From Longivirga aurantiaca (GTDB taxonomy: Bacteria > Actinomycetota > Actinomycetes > S36-B12 > CAIYMF01): a DNA stretch of 32,000 nt. The stretch is from NCBI RefSeq assembly GCF_042660085.1, contig NZ_JBHSTI010000008.1, positions 2,325,604 through 2,357,603 on the forward strand. Direction: 5' to 3'. A program made the position numbers and the translations under genes. The notes beneath the pieces were generated by a model that saw nothing but the letters and a program-made list of their open reading frames with translations, was not told the origin of the DNA and ran no database searches. Of the stretch, positions 29,302-32,000 are shown piece by piece. Numbering within the stretch: the first letter of the stretch is position 1; the number at the start of each line of letters is the position of its first letter.

Positions 29302-30843
29302 TCAGCCGCCCGCGGGCGCCAGCGTGGGGCGGCCGATCCGGGTCGCCAGGACCGCGCCGACCGCCGCGACGCCACCCATGAGCAGCCAGATCTCGGCGAA
29401 GGTCCACCCGGTGACCGCGTCGGCGGCCACGGCCGCGGCGTAGATGGCACCGGCCGCTCCGATGAGCATGACGGAGCCGACCGAGTCGCACACCTGCAGG
29501 GCCGCGGAGTTGACGCCCTGGTCCTGCGGCTCGGACAGCTCGAGGGTGAGGGTGGCGATCGCGCCGAAGCACAGGCCCATGCCCGAGGCGCCGACGAGCC
29601 AGGAGATGCCGCCCACCCACCACGGCACCGACTCCACCATCGACAGCGGCATCGACAGCATGCAGAGCGCGACGAGCACCGCCCCGGCCTGCACGAGGGC
29701 CGAGCGCGGCACGCGGCCGTAGAGCCGGCCCTGCGCCTGCGAGCCGAGCGCCCAGCCGATCGCGCCGACCGTGAGCACGAGGCCGGCCTGGGCCGTCGAG
29801 ACGCCGCGCACCGTCTGCAGCGCGAGCGGGACGAACGCCTCACCCGCGAAGAAGGTGCCGGCGAGCAGGCCGCGCATCATGACCACGGTCGGGAGACCGC
29901 GCGCGAACCGGAGGGCGCCGCGCGGCAGGAGGCGGTCGAGGGCGGGGAGCACCAGGGCGAGCCCGACCACGGCGAGCACCAGGCCGGCGACGCCGAGGCG
30001 GGTGCCGGCCTCCTGGAGCATCGCGAGGCCGGCGGCTGCGACGAGCGCGAGCCGCAGCCGTCCGCGGCGCGGCGGCGCACCGCTCTCACCGAGCGAGCCG
30101 CCCAGCCGGCCGAGCCGCGGGGCCATCACCAGCATGGGCGGCAGCACGAGCACCGGGACGACGAGGAACACCGCGCGCCACGACACCTGGTCGGTGAGGA
30201 AGCCGGCGATGACCGGCCCGATGATCGCCGGCAGCACCCAGGCGGCAGCGAGCAGCGCGAACGCCTTGGGGCGCAGGTCGTCCGGGTACTGGCGCCCGAT
30301 GACGACGTACACCGCCACGATGGCCATGCCGCCGCCGAGGCCCTGCACGAGCCGTCCGGCCACGAGCACGGGCATCGCCCAGGCCAGGCCCGCGACGACC
30401 GCGCCGAGGCCGAAGAGGGAGACGCCGATCAGCAGCGCGGGGCGCGGGCCCGACCGGTCGCACCACTCCCCCGCCGCCACCATCGCGACGAGGCTGGCCA
30501 CGACGTACCCGTTGAACGCCCACGAGTAGGCGCCGAGCCCGTCGAGCGCTCGCGCGACGACAGGCATGGCCGTGGCGACGCCGATGCCCTCGAACGCGAA
30601 CATCGTCATCACGGTGACGATGCCGACGGTGAAGGCCCGGTGCTGGGCGCTGAACAGCCCGTCGCTCGCGGTCGCTGGGGCGTCTGCCGGCTGCTCCGGC
30701 TCAGGCAGGGGCGCGGCGTGGCTCGGACGAGGTGCGTGCGCAGGGGCGTGCGGCGGCTCGTACGGCGTCGAGGTGGCCGAGACGTCCTCGACGTACTCGC
30801 CCGGGGTGTCGCGGTCGGCGTCGTCCCCCCGGACGGAGGTCAG
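29302..30843 (-). CDS. MFS transporter, multidrug-efflux-like; 5' end uncertain
   Basis: TVGIVTVMTMFAFEGIGVATAMPVVARALDGLGAYSWAFNGYVVASLVAMVAAGEWCDRSGPRPALLIG. The ATG at 30612 cuts TM1. The open frame continues to a CTG at 30843 overlapping the stop of the upstream gene. Confidence 0.85.
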   Translation of the reverse strand: MTSVRGDDADRDTPGEYVEDVSATSTPYEPPHAPAHAPRPSHAAPLPEPEQPADAPATASDGLFSAQHRAFTVGIVTVMTMFAFEGIGVATAMPVVARALDGLGAYSWAFNGYVVASLVAMVAAGEWCDRSGPRPALLIGVSLFGLGAVVAGLAWAMPVLVAGRLVQGLGGGMAIVAVYVVIGRQYPDDLRPKAFALLAAAWVLPAIIGPVIAGFLTDQVSWRAVFLVVPVLVLPPMLVMAPRLGRLGGSLGESGAPPRRGRLRLALVAAAGLAMLQEAGTRLGVAGLVLAVVGLALVLPALDRLLPRGALRFARGLPTVVMMRGLLAGTFFAGEAFVPLALQTVRGVSTAQAGLVLTVGAIGWALGSQAQGRLYGRVPRSALVQAGAVLVALCMLSMPLSMVESVPWWVGGISWLVGASGMGLCFGAIATLTLELSEPQDQGVNSAALQVCDSVGSVMLIGAAGAIYAAAVAADAVTGWTFAEIWLLMGGVAAVGAVLATRIGRPTLAPAGG

Positions 30844-31160
30844 GACCCGTCCTTGCCGTCGCCCTTGTCCTTCTTCTTGTCAGGGATGCCCTCGTAGATG
30901 CGCTTGCAGTCGGGGCAGACGGGGAACTTGTTCGGGTCGCGGCCCGGCACCCAGACCTTGCCGCACAGTGCGATCACGGGTGCGCCGGTGACGGCGGACT
31001 CGACGATCTTGTCCTTCTTCACGTAGTGCGCGAAGCGCTCGTGGTCGCCGTCGCTGAACTGCGTGTCGGGCCGGTCCTCGACGAGCGTGCCGAGACCGGT
31101 GTCGGGCTCGGCGAGAGGCAGGGGCTCGAGGTCCGGAGGCATCGTCGACATGCCGGTCAT
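30840..31160 (-). CDS. DUF3039-like protein
   Basis: MTGMSTMPPDLEPLPLAEPDTGLGTLVEDRPDTQFSDGDHERFAHYVKKDKIVESAVTGAPVIALCGKVWVPGRDPNKFPVCPDCKRIYEGI, with Cys motif CGK...CPDCK. Confidence 0.88.
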   Translation of the reverse strand: MTGMSTMPPDLEPLPLAEPDTGLGTLVEDRPDTQFSDGDHERFAHYVKKDKIVESAVTGAPVIALCGKVWVPGRDPNKFPVCPDCKRIYEGIPDKKKDKGDGKDGS

Positions 31161-31200
31161 CGTACGACCGCCGCACCGCGCCCGTCCCCGCCGATCCCCC

Positions 31201-31242
31201 GCCTGCATTCACCGGCCTGCATTCACCGGCCTGCATTCACCC
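31201..31242. repeat. Three tandem 14-nt repeats, gcctgcattcaccg
   Basis: 31201-31214, 31215-31228, 31229-31242 (last copy ends c instead of g). Confidence 0.95.
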
Positions 31243-31352
31243 GCAGAGGACAGGATCCGCCCTTCACGGGCGTGTTCTGTCCGTTCTCGCCGCATCTGGT
31301 CGGGCGCCGCTGACGCGCGGCGCGGTACGCCGGCGCGATCGGCGTACGACGG

Positions 31353-31943
31353 TCAGTTCAGCGACGGGTCGACCGAGGGCGTGGCGAGGAAGGCGAGATC
31401 GCCGGGCTGGCGGCGCAGCACACGGTGCCAGAGGTCGGCAGTATCGCTGGCGAAGACGTCGTCCGAGCCGCCGTCCACGACGTACCAGTCGCCGCGCGCG
31501 ATCTCGTCGGCGAGCTGGCCCTCGGCCCACCCGGCGTACCCCGCGAAGATGCGGACGGCCGAGAGCGTGGACGCCGCGCCGTCCGGGTCGATGTCGAGGT
31601 CGACGAGCCCGTAGGGCCCCGCGACGCGGCGGAAGCCGTCCGGCTCCGGGCCGTCGACCGGGCCGGGCAGGAGCGCGAGGCCGAGGGCGCTGTCCTCGGC
31701 GACCGGTCCGCCGTCGAAGACGACGTCGGCCCCGGTGGTGCGTCCGTCCCAGCTCGGCAGCACCGCGCCGACGGGCACATGCGAGGGGCGGTTGAGCACG
31801 ACGCCGAGGGTGCCGTCCTCGTCGTGGTCGAGCAGGAACACGACGGTGCGCGCGAAGTTGGGGTCGGTCATCGCCGGGGCGGCGACGAGCAGGCGGCCCG
31901 CGTGGGGCAGCGCCGGGGGCACGTCCAGGGGCTCGAGCGTCAC
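31353..31943 (-). CDS. YqgE/AlgH (DUF179) family protein
   Basis: HAGRLLVAAPAMTDPNFARTVVFLLDHDEDGTLGVVLNRPS, VFDGGPVAEDSALGLAL, RIFAGYAGWAEGQLADEIARGDWYVV. Confidence 0.95.
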   Translation of the reverse strand: MTLEPLDVPPALPHAGRLLVAAPAMTDPNFARTVVFLLDHDEDGTLGVVLNRPSHVPVGAVLPSWDGRTTGADVVFDGGPVAEDSALGLALLPGPVDGPEPDGFRRVAGPYGLVDLDIDPDGAASTLSAVRIFAGYAGWAEGQLADEIARGDWYVVDGGSDDVFASDTADLWHRVLRRQPGDLAFLATPSVDPSLN

Positions 31944-32000
31944 CCGCCCAGCATGCCAAACGTCCCGCCTCCGGGTGACCGGTGATACACGTCACTGTCT

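Noticed and set aside
29236-30897. Long plus-strand ORF (553 aa) opposite the MFS gene
   Set aside because: Arg/His/Gly-rich shadow ORF without domains. The minus-strand frame encodes an obvious MFS transporter.

Overview
This is a 32 kb window from a very high-GC actinobacterial chromosome, likely Micrococcales (inferred from GC content and gene content). It is densely coding. I see no mobile element, prophage, CRISPR array or rRNA. In order it contains: a CsoR/CstR-family regulator and a CoA-disulfide-reductase-like/rhodanese fusion, divergent from an MFS transporter across a near-perfect GTTATACCCC-N2-GGGGTATAAC operator; tRNA-Leu(UAG) followed by a perfect 20-bp hairpin; rdgB, rph, an MBL-fold hydrolase and murI; a small membrane protein; cysM, cysO and mec (CysO-dependent cysteine synthesis); a xanthorhodopsin-like microbial rhodopsin followed by a Brp/Blh-type beta-carotene cleavage gene interrupted by one in-frame TAA; a DUF2017-like protein and clpS; a class-V aminotransferase; a secreted GH18-like protein; a conserved hypothetical and a GNAT; an MFS transporter with a GH1 beta-glucosidase; an RDD protein; an Lrp/AsnC regulator; a DacB-like carboxypeptidase; an IclR regulator; an HdeD/DUF308-like protein; a polar amino-acid ABC transporter; a DEAD/DEAH helicase; an MFS transporter with a probable non-ATG start; a DUF3039-like protein; and a YqgE-like protein. 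The strongest observations are (1) an intact light-driven pump gene next to an apparently nonsense-interrupted retinal-forming gene, with a 17-bp hairpin between them, and (2) a compact persulfide-response locus whose regulator lacks the copper-ligand histidine and has a clear palindromic operator. I did not find a clearly unprecedented multi-gene system.
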